Shown: positions 51,401-64,000 of the stretch, one piece after another
How positions within the stretch are numbered: the stretch's first letter is position 1
Layout of the letters: every line of letters begins with the position of its first letter
Assembly (NCBI RefSeq): GCF_009914755.1
Contig: NC_060930.1
Reading direction: 5' to 3' (one strand)
Source of the DNA: the human T2T-CHM13v2.0 reference genome, Homo sapiens
Length of the DNA stretch: 64,000 bases
Notes under the pieces: model-generated
The model's database searches: none
What the model was told of the DNA's origin: nothing
What the model saw: the letters and a program-made list of their open reading frames with translations, nothing else
Translations under genes and position numbers: made by a program

Positions 51401-54400
51401 GATGTGTGCGTTCATCTCACAGAGTGGAGTCTTCCGTTTGATAGAGAAGTTTTGAAACCCTGTTCTTGTAGGATTTCCAAGTGGATATTTAGACCACTTT
51501 GAAGCCTATGATAGAAAAGGAAACATCTTCATGGAAAACATAGATAGAATCATCCTCAGAAACAACTTTGTGATGTGTGCGTTGAACTCACCGTCTTTAA
51601 CCTTTCTTTTGGTAGAGAAGTTTTGAAACACTCTCTTTGTAAAGTCTACAAGTGGATATTTTGAGCCCTTGGAGGCATTCTTTGGAAAAGGGAATGTCTT
51701 CACATAAAAGGCAGACGGAAGTGTTCTCAGAAACTGCTTTGTGATGTCTGTGTTCAACTCACAGAGTTTAACATTTCCTTTGATAGAGCGGTTTAGTAAC
51801 CCTCTCTTTGTAGAATTTGGAAGTGTATACTAAGAGCGCTTTGAGGCCTATGGTAGAAAAGGAAATATCTTTCCATAAAAGCTAGACAGAAGCAATCTCA
51901 GAAACTCCTCTGTGATGTCTGCATTCAACTCACCGAGTGGAACATTCCTCTTGAGAGAGCAGTTTGGAAACACTCTTTCTGTAGAATCAGCTTGTTTGTA
52001 TTTGGACCTCCTTGAGGCCTTCGTTGGAAACGGGTTTTCATCTTATAAACCCAGACAGAAGAATTCTCAGAGTCTTCTTTGTGATGTGTGCTTTCAACTC
52101 ACCGAGATAAAGATTTCTCTTGATAGAGCAATTTGGAAACACTCTTTTTGTAGAATTTGCAAGGGTACATTGAGAGCGCTTTCAGGCCTATGGTAGAAAA
52201 GGGAATATCTTTCCATAAAAGGTAGACAGAAGCAATCTCAGAAACTACTTTGTGATGTGTGCATTCAACTCACCGAGTGCAACGTTCCTCTTGACCGAGC
52301 AGTTTGGAAACATTGTTTCTGTAGAATCTGCAAGTGGATATTTGGACCTCTTTGAGGCCTTCGTTGGAAACGGGATTTCTTCCTATAAACCCAGACAGAA
52401 GAATTCTCAGAGACTTCTTTGTGATGTGTGAATTCAACTCACAGTGTGGATCCTTCCTTTTGATAGAGCAGTTTTGAAACCCTGTTTTTGTAGTATTTCC
52501 AAGCGGATATTTGGAACGCCTTGAAGCGTATGGTAGAAAAGGAAATATCTTCCCATAAAACCTAGACAGAACCAATCTCAGAAACGACTTTGTGATGTCT
52601 GCATTCAAGTCACAGAGTTGAACATTTCTCTTGATAGAGCAGTTTTGAAACCCTCTTTCTGAAGGATCTGCAAGTGGATATTTGGAACTCCTTTGGGTCT
52701 TCGTTGGAAACGGGATTTCTTCGTATAAATCTAGACAGAAGAATTCTCAGAAACTTCCTTGTGATGTGTGCATTCAACTCAGCGAGTGGCACCTTCCTTT
52801 GGATACAGCAGTTTTGAAACACTGTTTTTGTAGTATTTCCAAGCGGATATTTAGAGCGCCTTGAAGCCTATGCTAGAAATGGAAATATCTCCCCATAAAA
52901 CCAAGACGGAAGCAATCTCAGAAACTAATGTGTGATGGCTGCATTCCACACACACGGTGGACCATTTCTCTTGATAGAGCAGTTTTGAAACACTCTTTCT
53001 GTAGAATCTGCAAGTGGATAATTGGACCTCCTAGAGGCCTTCGTTGGAAACGGGATTTCTTCATCTAAACCTACAGAGAAGTATTCTCAGTAACTTCTTC
53101 GGATGTGTGCATTCGACGCACAGAATGGAACATTCCCTTTGATAGAGCAGTTTTGAGACACCGTTTTTGTAGAATTCCCAAGTGGATATTTAGAGCACTT
53201 TGAAGTCTCTGCTAGAAAAGGAAACATCTTCATGTAAAAAGTAGATAGAATCGTTCTCAGAAAGTGCTTAGTGTCGTGTGCGTTCAACTCACAGAGTTTA
53301 ACGTTTCTTTTGATAGAGCGTTTCTGAAACACCCTTCTTGTAGTAGCTGCAAGTGGATATTTGGACCTATTGGAGGCCTTCTTTGGAAATGGGATTTCTT
53401 CATGTAACTCTAGATTGAAGAATTCTCAGAAACTCCTTTGTGATGTGTGCATTCAATTCAAAGAGTGAAACCTCTCTTTTCACAGAGCAGTTTTGAAACA
53501 CTGTTTTTGTAGGATTTCCAAGGGGATATTTATAGCGCATTGAGCCTACGGCGGAAAAAGAAACATCTTCCTATAAAAACTAGACAGAATACTTCTCAGA
53601 ATCTGCTTTGCGATGTGTGCGTTCAACTCACAGAGTAAAACTTTTCTTTTGATAGAGCAGTTTTGAAACACTCTTTTTGTAGTATTTGCATGTGTATATT
53701 TAGAGCGCATTGAAGCCCACAGTAGAAAAGGAAATAACTTCACCTAAAACCTAGACAGAAGCAATCACAGAAACTACTTTGTGATGTGTACATTCAACTC
53801 ACAGAGTGGAACTTTCCTCTTTATAGAGCAGTGTTGAAACACTCTTTTTGTAGAAACTGCAAGTGGATATTTGGACCTCTTTGAGGCCTTCGTTGGAAAC
53901 GGGATTTCTTCCTATAACCCTAGACAGAAGAATTTTCAGAAACCTCATTGTGATGTGTGCGTTCATCTCACAGAGTGGAGTCTTCCGTTTGATAGAGAAG
54001 TTTTGAAACCCTGTTCTTGTAGGATTTCCAAGTGGATATTTAGACCACTTTGAAGCCTATGATAGAAAAGGAAACATCTTCATGGAAAACATAGATAGAA
54101 TCATCCTCAGAAACAACTTTGTGATGTGTGCGTTGAACTCACCGTCTTTAACCTTTCTTTTGGTAGAGAAGTTTTGAAACACTCTCTTTGTAAAGTCTAC
54201 AAGTGGATATTTTGAGCCCTTGGAGGCATTCTTTGGAAAAGGGAATGTCTTCACATAAAAGGCAGACGGAAGTGTTCTCAGAAACTGCTTTGTGATGTCT
54301 GTGTTCAACTCACAGAGTTTAACATTTCCTTTGATAGAGCGGTTTAGTAACCCTCTCTTTGTAGAATTTGGAAGTGTATACTAAGAGCGCTTTGAGGCCT

Positions 54401-56080
54401 ATGGTAGAAAAGGAAATATCTTTCCATAAAAGCTAGACAGAAGCAATCTCAGAAACTCCTCTGTGATGTCTGCATTCAACTCACCGAGTGGAACATTCCT
54501 CTTGAGAGAGCAGTTTGGAAACACTCTTTCTGTAGAATCAGCTTGTTTGTATTTGGACCTCCTTGAGGCCTTCGTTGGAAACGGGTTTTCATCTTATAAA
54601 CCCAGACAGAAGAATTCTCAGAGTCTTCTTTGTGATGTGTGCTTTCAACTCACCGAGATAAAGATTTCTCTTGATAGAGCAATTTGGAAACACTCTTTTT
54701 GTAGAATTTGCAAGGGTACATTGAGAGCGCTTTCAGGCCTATGGTAGAAAAGGGAATATCTTTCCATAAAAGGTAGACAGAAGCAATCTCAGAAACTACT
54801 TTGTGATGTGTGCATTCAACTCACCGAGTGCAACGTTCCTCTTGACCGAGCAGTTTGGAAACATTGTTTCTGTAGAATCTGCAAGTGGATATTTGGACCT
54901 CTTTGAGGCCTTCGTTGGAAACGGGATTTCTTCCTATAAACCCAGACAGAAGAATTCTCAGAGACTTCTTTGTGATGTGTGAATTCAACTCACAGTGTGG
55001 ATCCTTCCTTTTGATAGAGCAGTTTTGAAACCCTGTTTTTGTAGTATTTCCAAGCGGATATTTGGAACGCCTTGAAGCGTATGGTAGAAAAGGAAATATC
55101 TTCCCATAAAACCTAGACAGAACCAATCTCAGAAACGACTTTGTGATGTCTGCATTCAAGTCACAGAGTTGAACATTTCTCTTGATAGAGCAGTTTTGAA
55201 ACCCTCTTTCTGAAGGATCTGCAAGTGGATATTTGGAACTCCTTTGGGTCTTCGTTGGAAACGGGATTTCTTCGTATAAATCTAGACAGAAGAATTCTCA
55301 GAAACTTCCTTGTGATGTGTGCATTCAACTCAGCGAGTGGCACCTTCCTTTGGATACAGCAGTTTTGAAACACTGTTTTTGTAGTATTTCCAAGCGGATA
55401 TTTAGAGCGCCTTGAAGCCTATGCTAGAAATGGAAATATCTCCCCATAAAACCAAGACGGAAGCAATCTCAGAAACTAACGTGTGATGGCTGCATTCCAC
55501 ACACACGGTGGACCATTTCTCTTGATAGAGCAGTTTTGAAACACTCTTTCTGTAGAATCTGCAAGTGGATAATTGGACCTCCTAGAGGCCTTCGTTGGAA
55601 ACGGGATTTCTTCATCTAAACCTACAGAGAAGTATTCTCAGTAACTTCTTCGGATGTGTGCATTCGACGCACAGAATGGAACATTCCCTTTGATAGAGCA
55701 GTTTTGAGACACCGTTTTTGTAGAATTCCCAAGTGGATATTTAGAGCACTTTGAAGTCTCTGCTAGAAAAGGAAACATCTTCATGTAAAAAGTAGATAGA
55801 ATCGTTCTCAGAAAGTGCTTAGTGTCGTGTGCGTTCAACTCACAGAGTTTAACGTTTCTTTTGATAGAGCGTTTCTGAAACACCCTTCTTGTAGTAGCTG
55901 CAAGTGGATATTTGGACCTATTGGAGGCCTTCTTTGGAAATGGGATTTCTTCATGTAACTCTAGATTGAAGAATTCTCAGAAACTCCTTTGTGATGTGTG
56001 CATTCAATTCAAAGAGTGAAACCTCTCTTTTCACAGAGCAGTTTTGAAACACTGTTTTTGTAGGATTTCCAAGGGGATAT
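48428..56080 (+). repeat. HOR units U18-U20, run of three 15-mers (start 48428, 50979, 53530)
   Basis: Marker ORF at 48444, 50995, 53546, 56097. Confidence 0.95.
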
Positions 56081-59000
56081 TTATAGCGCATTGAGCCTAC
56101 GGCGGAAAAAGAAACATCTTCCTATAAAAACTAGACAGAATACTTCTCAGAATCTGCTTTGCGATGTGTGCGTTCAACTCACAGAGTAAAACTTTTCTTT
56201 TGATAGAGCAGTTTTGAAACACTCTTTTTGTAGTATTTGCATGTGTATATTTAGAGCGCATTGAAGCCCACAGTAGAAAAGGAAATAACTTCACCTAAAA
56301 CCTAGACAGAAGCAATCTCAGAAACTACTTTGTGATGTGTACATTCAACTCACAGAGTGGAACTTTCCTCTTTATAGAGCAGTGTTGAAACACTCTTTTT
56401 GTAGAAACTGCAAGTGGATATTTGGACCTCTTTGAGGCCTTCGTTGGAAACGGGATTTCTTCCTATAACCCTAGACAGAAGAATTTTCAGAAACCTCATT
56501 GTGATGTGTGCGTTCATCTCACAGAGTGGAGTCTTCCGTTTGATAGAGAAGTTTTGAAACCCTGTTCTTGTAGGATTTCCAAGTGGATATTTAGACCACT
56601 TTGAAGCCTATGATAGAAAAGGAAACATCTTCATGGAAAACATAGATAGAATCATCCTCAGAAACAACTTTGTGATGTGTGCGTTGAACTCACCGTCTTT
56701 AACCTTTCTTTTGGTAGAGAAGTTTTGAAACACTCTCTTTGTAAAGTCTACAAGTGGATATTTTGAGCCCTTGGAGGCATTCTTTGGAAAAGGGAATGTC
56801 TTCACATAAAAGGCAGACGGAAGTGTTCTCAGAAACTGCTTTGTGATGTCTGTGTTCAACTCACAGAGTTTAACATTTCCTTTGATAGAGCGGTTTAGTA
56901 ACCCTCTCTTTGTAGAATTTGGAAGTGTATACTAAGAGCGCTTTGAGGCCTATGGTAGAAAAGGAAATATCTTTCCATAAAAGCTAGACAGAAGCAATCT
57001 CAGAAACTCCTCTGTGATGTCTGCATTCAACTCACCGAGTGGAACATTCCTCTTGATAGAGCAGTTTGGAAACACTCTTTCTGTAGAATCAGCTTGTTTG
57101 TATTTGGACCTCCTTGAGGCCTTCGTTGGAAACGGGTTTTCATCTTATAAACCCAGACAGAAGAATTCTCAGAGTCTTCTTTGTGATGTGTGCTTTCAAC
57201 TCACCGAGATAAAGATTTCTCTTGATAGAGCAATTTGGAAACACTCTTTTTGTAGAATTTGCAAGGGTACATTGAGAGCGCTTTCAGGCCTATGGTAGAA
57301 AAGGGAATATCTTTCCATAAAAGGTAGACAGAAGCAATCTCAGAAACTACTTTGTGATGTGTGCATTCAACTCACCGAGTGCAACGTTCCTCTTGACCGA
57401 GCAGTTTGGAAACATTGTTTCTGTAGAATCTGCAAGTGGATATTTGGACCTCTTTGAGGCCTTCGTTGGAAACGGGATTTCTTCCTATAAACCCAGACAG
57501 AAGAATTCTCAGAGACTTCTTTGTGATGTGTGAATTCAACTCACAGTGTGGATCCTTCCTTTTGATAGAGCAGTTTTGAAACCCTGTTTTTGTAGTATTT
57601 CCAAGCGGATATTCGGAACGCCTTGAAGCGTATGGTAGAAAAGGAAATATCTTCCCATAAAACCTAGACAGAACCAATCTCAGAAACGACTTTGTGATGT
57701 CTGCATTCAAGTCACAGAGTTGAACATTTCTCTTGATAGAGCAGTTTTGAAACCCTCTTTCTGAAGGATCTGCAAGTGGATATTTGGAACTCCTTTGGGT
57801 CTTCGTTGGAAACGGGATTTCTTCGTATAAATCTAGACAGAAGAATTCTCAGAAACTTCTTTGGTTGTGTGCATTCAAGTCACAGAGTGGAACCTTCCTT
57901 TGGATAGAGCAGTTTGAAACGCCGTGGTTGTAGTATTTCCAAGCGGATATTAGAGCGCCTTGAGGCCTATGGTAGAAAAGGAAATATCTTCCCATAAAAC
58001 CTAGACGGAAGCAATCTCAGAAACTACTGTGTGATGGCTGCATTCCACACACACGGTGGAACATTTCTCTTGATAGAGCAGTTTTGAAACACTCTTTCTG
58101 TAGAATCTGCAAGTGGATAATTGGACCGCCTTGAGGCCTTCGTTGGAAACGGGATTTCTTCATGTTACTCTAGATAGAAGAATTCTCAAACACTGCTATG
58201 TGATGTTTGCATTCAAGTCACAGAGTGCAACATTCCTCTTGGTAGAGCAGTTGGGAAACACTCCTTTTGTAGAATCTGCAATGGGATATTTGGACTTCTT
58301 TGAGGCCTTCGTTGGAAACGGGATTTCTTCGTATGAATCTAGACAGAAGAATTCTCAGAAACTTCCTTGTGATGTGTGCATTCAACTCAGCGAGTGGCAC
58401 CTTCCTTTGGATACAGCAGTTTTGAAACACTGTTTTTGTAGTATTTCCAAGCGGATATTTAGAGCGCCTTGAAGCCTATGCTAGAAATGGAAATATCTCC
58501 CCATAAAACCAAGACAGAAGCAATCTCAGAAACTAATGTGTGATGGCTGCATTCCACACACACGGTGGACCATTTCTCTTGATAGAGCAGTTTTGAAACA
58601 CTCTTTCTGTAGAATCTGCAAGTGGATAATTGGACCTCCTAGAGGCCTTCGTTGGAAACGGGATTTCTTCATCTAAACCTACAGAGAAGAATTCTCAGTA
58701 ACTTCTTCGGATGTGTGCATTCGACGCACAGAATGGAACATTCCCTTTGATAGAGCAGTTTTGAGACACCGTTTTTGTAGAATTCCCAAGTGGATATTTA
58801 GAGCACTTTGAAGTCTCTGCTAGAAAAGGAAACATCTTCATGTAAAAAGTAGATAGAATCGTTCTCAGAAAGTGCTTAGTGACGTGTGCGTTCAACTCAC
58901 AGAGTTTAACGTTTCTTTTGATAGAGCGTTTCTGAAACACCCTTCTTGTAGTAGCTGCAAGTGGATATTTGGACCTATTGGAGGCCTTCTTTGGAAACGG

Positions 59001-62000
59001 GATTTCTTCATGTAACTCTAGATTGAAGAATTCTCAGAAACTCCTTTGTGATGTGTGCATTCAATTCAAAGAGTGAAACCTCCCTTTTCACAGAGCAGTT
59101 TTGAAACACTGTTTTTGTAGGATTTCCAAGGGGATATTTATAGCGCATTGAGCCTACGGCGGAAAAAGAAACATCTTCCTATAAAAACTAGACAGAATAC
59201 TTCTCAGAATCTGCTTTGCGATGTGTGCGTTCAACTCACAGAGTAAAACTTTTCTTTTGATAGAGCAGTTTTGAAACACTCTTTTTGTAGTATTTGCATG
59301 TGTATATTTAGAGCGCATTGAAGCCCACAGTAGAAAAGGAAATAACTTCACCTAAAACCTAGACAGAAGCAATCTCAGAAACTACTTTGTGATGTGTACA
59401 TTCAACTCACAGAGTGGAACTTTCCTCTTTATAGAGCAGTGTTGAAACACTCTTTTTGTAGAAACTGCAAGTGGATATTTGGACCTCTTTGAGGCCTTCG
59501 TTGGAAACGGGATTTCTTCCTATAACCCTAGACAGAAGAATTTTCAGAAACCTCATTGTGATGTGTGCGTTCATCTCACAGAGTGGAGTCTTCCGTTTGA
59601 TAGAGAAGTTTTGAAACCCTGTTCTTGTAGGATTTCCAAGTGGATATTTAGACCACTTTGAAGCCTATGATAGAAAAGGAAACATCTTCATGGAAAACAT
59701 AGATAGAATCATTCTCAGAAACAACTTTGTGATGTGTGCGTTGAACTCACCGTCTTTAACCTTTCTTTTGGTAGAGAAGTTTTGAAACACTCTCTTTGTA
59801 AAGTCTACAAGTGGATATTTTGAGCCCTTGGAGGCATTCTTTGGAAAAGGGAATGTCTTCACATAAAAGGCAGACGGAAGTGTTCTCAGAAACTGCTTTG
59901 TGATGTCTGTGTTCAACTCACAGAGTTTAACATTTCCTTTGATAGAGCGGTTTAGTAACCCTCTCTTTGTAGAATTTGGAAGTGTATACTAAGAGCGCTT
60001 TGAGGCCTATGGTAGAAAAGGAAATATCTTTCCATAAAAGCTAGACAGAAGCAATCTCAGAAACTCCTTTGTGATGTCTGCATTCAACTCACCGAGTGGA
60101 ACATTCCTCTTGATAGAGCAGTTTGGAAACACTCTTTCTGTAGAATCAGCTTGTTTGTATTTGGACCTCCTTGAGGCCTTCGTTGGAAACGGGTTTTCAT
60201 CTTATAAACCCAGACAGAAGAATTCTCAGAGTCTTCTTTGTGATGTGCGCTTTCAACTCACCGAGATAAAGATTTCTCTTGATAGAGCAATTTGGAAACA
60301 CTCTTTTTGTAGAATTTGCAAGGGTACATTGAGAGCGCTTTCAGGCCTATGGTAGAAAAGGGAATATCTTTCCATAAAAGGTAGACAGAAGCAATCTCAG
60401 AAACTACTTTGTGATGTGTGCATTCAACTCACCGAGTGCAACGTTCCTCTTGACCGAGCAGTTTGGAAACATTGTTTCTGTAGAATCTGCAAGTGGATAT
60501 TTGGACCTCTTTGAGGCCTTCGTTGGAAACGGGATTTCTTCCTATAAACCCAGACAGAAGAATTCTCAGAGACTTCTTTGTGATGTGTGAATTCAACTCA
60601 CAGTGTGGATCCTTCCTTTTGATAGAGCAGTTTTGAAACCCTGTTTTTGTAGTATTTCCAAGCGGATATTTGGAACGCCTTGAAGCGTATGGTAGAAAAG
60701 GAAATATCTTCCCATAAAACCTAGACAGAACCCATCTCAGAAACGACTTTGTGATGTCTGCATTCAAGTCACAGAGTTGAACATTTCTCTTGATAGAGCA
60801 GTTTTGAAACCCTCTTTCTGAAGGATCTGCAAGTGGATATTTGGAACTCCTTTGGGTCTTCGTTGGAAACGGGATTTCTTCGTATAAATCTAGACAGAAG
60901 AATTCTCCGAAACTTCTTTGGTTGTGTGCATTCAAGTCACAGAGTGGAACCTTCCTTTGGATAGAGCAGTTTGAAACGCCGTGGTTGTAGTATTTCCAAG
61001 CGGATATTAGAGCGCCTTGAGGCCTATGGTAGAAAAGGAAATATCTTCCCATAAAACCTAGACGGAAGCAATCTCAGAAACTACTGTGTGATGGCTGCAT
61101 TCCACACACACGGTGGAACATTTCTCTTGATAGAGCAGTTTTGAAACACTCTTTCTGTAGAATCTGCAAGTGGATAATTGGACCGCCTTGAGGCCTTCGT
61201 TGGAAACGGGATTTCTTCATGTTACTCTAGATAGAAGAATTCTCAAACACTGCTATGTGATGTTTGCATTCAAGTCACAGAGTGCAACATTCCTCTTGGT
61301 AGAGCAGTTGGGAAACACTCCTTTTGTAGAATCTGCAATGGGATATTTGGACTTCTTTGAGGCCTTCGTTGGAAACGGGATTTCTTCGTATGAATCTAGA
61401 CAGAAGAATTCTCAGAAACTTCCTTGTGATGTGTGCATTCAACTCAGCGAGTGGCACCTTCCTTTGGATACAGCAGTTTTGAAACACTGTTTTTGTAGTA
61501 TTTCCAAGCGGATATTTAGAGCGCCTTGAAGCCTATGCTAGAAATGGAAATATCTCCCCATAAAACCAAGACAGGAGCAATCTCAGAAACTAATGTGTGA
61601 TGGCTGCATTCCACACACACGGTGGACCATTTCTCTTGATAGAGCAGTTTTGAAACACTCTTTCTGTAGAATCTGCAAGTGGATAATTGGACCTCCTAGA
61701 GGCCTTCGTTGGAAACGGGATTTCTTCATCTAAACCTACAGAGAAGAATTCTCAGTAACTTCTTCGGATGTGTGCATTCGACTCACAGAATGGAACATTC
61801 CCTTTGATAGAGCAGTTTTGAGACACCGTTTTTGTAGAATTCCCAAGTGGATATTTAGAGCACTTTGAAGTCTCTGCTAGAAAAGGAAACATCTTCATGT
61901 AAAAAGTAGATAGAATCGTTCTCAGAAAGTGCTTAGTGACGTGTGCGTTCAACTCACAGAGTTTAACGTTTCTTTTGATAGAGCGTTTCTGAAACACCCT

Positions 62001-62194
62001 TCTTGTAGTAGCTGCAAGTGGATATTTGGACCTATTGGAGGCCTTCTTTGGAAATGGGATTTCTTCATGTAACTCTAGATTGAAGAGTTCTCAGAAACTC
62101 CTTTGTGATGTGTGCATTCAATTCAAAGAGTGAAACCTCCCTTTTCACAGAGCAGTTTTGAAACACTGTTTTTGTAGGATTTCCAAGGGGATAT
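56081..62194 (+). repeat. HOR units U21-U22, two 18-mers (start 56081, 59138)
   Basis: Marker ORF at 56097, 59154, 62211. Confidence 0.95.
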
Positions 62195-64000
62195 TTATAG
62201 CGCATTGAGCCTACGGCGGAAAAAGAAACATCTTCCTATAAAAACTAGACAGAATACTTCTCAGAATCTGCTTTGCGATGTGTGCGTTCAACTCACAGAG
62301 TAAAACTTTTCTTTTGATAGAGCAGTTTTGAAACACTCTTTTTGTAGTATTTGCATGTGTATATTTAGAGCGCATTGAAGCCCACAGTAGAAAAGGAAAT
62401 AACTTCACCTAAAACCTAGACAGAAGCAATCACAGAAACTACTTTGTGATGTGTACATTCAACTCACAGAGTGGAACTTTCCTCTTTATAGAGCAGTGTT
62501 GAAACACTCTTTTTGTAGAAACTGCAAGTGGATATTTGGACCTCTTTGAGGCCTTCGTTGGAAACGGGATTTCTTCCTATAACCCTAGACAGAAGAATTT
62601 TCAGAAACCTCATTGTGATGTGTGCGTTCATCTCACAGAGTGGAGTCTTCCGTTTGATAGAGAAGTTTTGAAACCCTGTTCTTGTAGGATTTCCAAGTGG
62701 ATATTTAGACCACTTTGAAGCCTATGATAGAAAAGGAAACATCTTCATGGAAAACATAGATAGAATCATCCTCAGAAACAACTTTGTGATGTGTGCGTTG
62801 AACTCACCGTCTTTAACCTTTCTTTTGGTAGAGAAGTTTTGAAACACTCTCTTTGTAAAGTCTACAAGTGGATATTTTGAGCCCTTGGAGGCATTCTTTG
62901 GAAAAGGGAATGTCTTCACATAAAAGGCAGACGGAAGTGTTCTCAGAAACTGCTTTGTGATGTCTGTGTTCAACTCACAGAGTTTAACATTTCCTTTGAT
63001 AGAGCGGTTTAGTAACCCTCTCTTTGTAGAATTTGGAAGTGTATACTAAGAGCGCTTTGAGGCCTATGGTAGAAAAGGAAATATCTTTCCATAAAAGCTA
63101 GACAGAAGCAATCTCAGAAACTCCTCTGTGATGTCTGCATTCAACTCACCGAGTGGAACATTCCTCTTGAGAGAGCAGTTTGGAAACACTCTTTCTGTAG
63201 AATCAGCTTGTTTGTATTTGGACCTCCTTGAGGCCTTCGTTGGAAACGGGTTTTCATCTTATAAACCCAGACAGAAGAATTCTCAGAGTCTTCTTTGTGA
63301 TGTGTGCTTTCAACTCACCGAGATAAAGATTTCTCTTGATAGAGCAATTTGGAAACACTCTTTTTGTAGAATTTGCAAGGGTACATTGAGAGCGTTTTCA
63401 GGCCTATGGTAGAAAAGGGAATATCTTTCCATAAAAGGTAGACAGAAGCAATCTCAGAAACTACTTTGTGATGTGTGCATTCAACTCACCGAGTGCAACG
63501 TTCCTCTTGACCGAGCAGTTTGGAAACATTGTTTCTGTAGAATCTGCAAGTGGATATTTGGACCTCTTTGAGGCCTTCGTTGGAAACGGGATTTCTTCCT
63601 ATAAACCCAGACAGAAGAATTCTCAGAGACTTCTTTGTGATGTGTGAATTCAACTCACAGTGTGGATCCTTCCTTTTGATAGAGCAGTTTTGAAACCCTG
63701 TTTTTGTAGTATTTCCAAGCGGATATTTGGAACGCCTTGAAGCGTATGGTAGAAAAGGAAATATCTTCCCATAAAACCTAGACAGAACCAATCTCAGAAA
63801 CGACTTTGTGATGTCTGCATTCAAGTCACAGAGTTGAACATTTCTCTTGATAGAGCAGTTTTGAAACCCTCTTTCTGAAGGATCTGCAAGTGGATATTTG
63901 GAACTCCTTTGGGTCTTCGTTGGAAACGGGATTTCTTCGTATAAATCTAGACAGAAGAATTCTCAGAAACTTCCTTGTGATGTGTGCATTCAACTCAGCG
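62195..64000 (+). repeat. HOR unit U23, partial 15-mer truncated by window end
   Basis: The 15-mer deletion junction (ataaatctagacagaagaattctcagaaacttccttgtga) is visible at ~63941-63980. Confidence 0.92.

Larger units (their letters stand above)
1..64000 (+). repeat. Centromeric alpha-satellite HOR array, homogeneous/active type, single orientation
   Basis: ~170-bp monomers throughout, with typical alphoid motifs (ttctcagaaac..tttgtgatgtgtgcattcaactcacagag, tttgatagagcagttttgaaacactc, gtagaatctgcaagtggatatttgg). CENP-B boxes read on the + strand. Near-identical ORF translations recur every 2,551 or 3,057 bp. Confidence 0.99.
1..64000 (+). repeat. D6Z1: Probable human chromosome 6 D6Z1 (S1C6H1L) array, suprachromosomal family 1
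   Basis: The 3,057-bp 18-monomer HOR, the mostly alternating A/B dimer structure and one GGATCC seen per unit (e.g. 1470-1475) agree with the known ~3-kb BamHI 18-mer of chr6. Assigned from recall, not by alignment. Confidence 0.85.

Noticed and set aside
17-63824. About 180 short ORFs (60-119 aa) on both strands
   Set aside because: They are chance open frames in satellite DNA that recur with the HOR period. Many begin at non-ATG codons, they overlap on opposite strands, and I recognise no protein domain.
1-64000. Idea that the S/L order is a functional code or a novel biological system
   Set aside because: The order is adequately explained by nested block duplications and conversions inferred from SNVs. 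With 23 units there is no support for anything beyond known satellite turnover.

Overview
The whole window is one uninterrupted, head-to-tail primate (very likely human) centromeric alpha-satellite higher-order repeat (HOR) array made of ~170-bp monomers. I can support no genes; the ORF track simply recurs with the repeat period. Two HOR lengths occur. There are twelve 3,057-bp 18-mers (L), ten complete 2,551-bp 15-mers (S) and a final partial 15-mer. Their order is S L L S L L S L L S S S S L L L L S S S L L S(partial). A 3,057-bp 18-mer with dimeric A/B organisation and one BamHI site per unit best matches the human chromosome 6 active array D6Z1 (S1C6H1L); this assignment is from recall, not a search. 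The 15-mer is the 18-mer minus 506 bp (3 monomers), joined within a 21-30 bp homology just downstream of a CENP-B box. It has 5 intact CENP-B boxes instead of 7 and carries its own linked SNV haplotype. Shared rare SNVs show nested multi-HOR duplications (offsets of 17,330 and 22,432 bp) and mosaic units; the 8,665-bp S-L-L period is visible in unit lengths only. I found no evidence of a new gene-based system. The interesting signal is the recombination history and CENP-B box architecture of the array. Unit boundaries are phased arbitrarily to window position 1, and SNVs were read by eye, so the list is not exhaustive.
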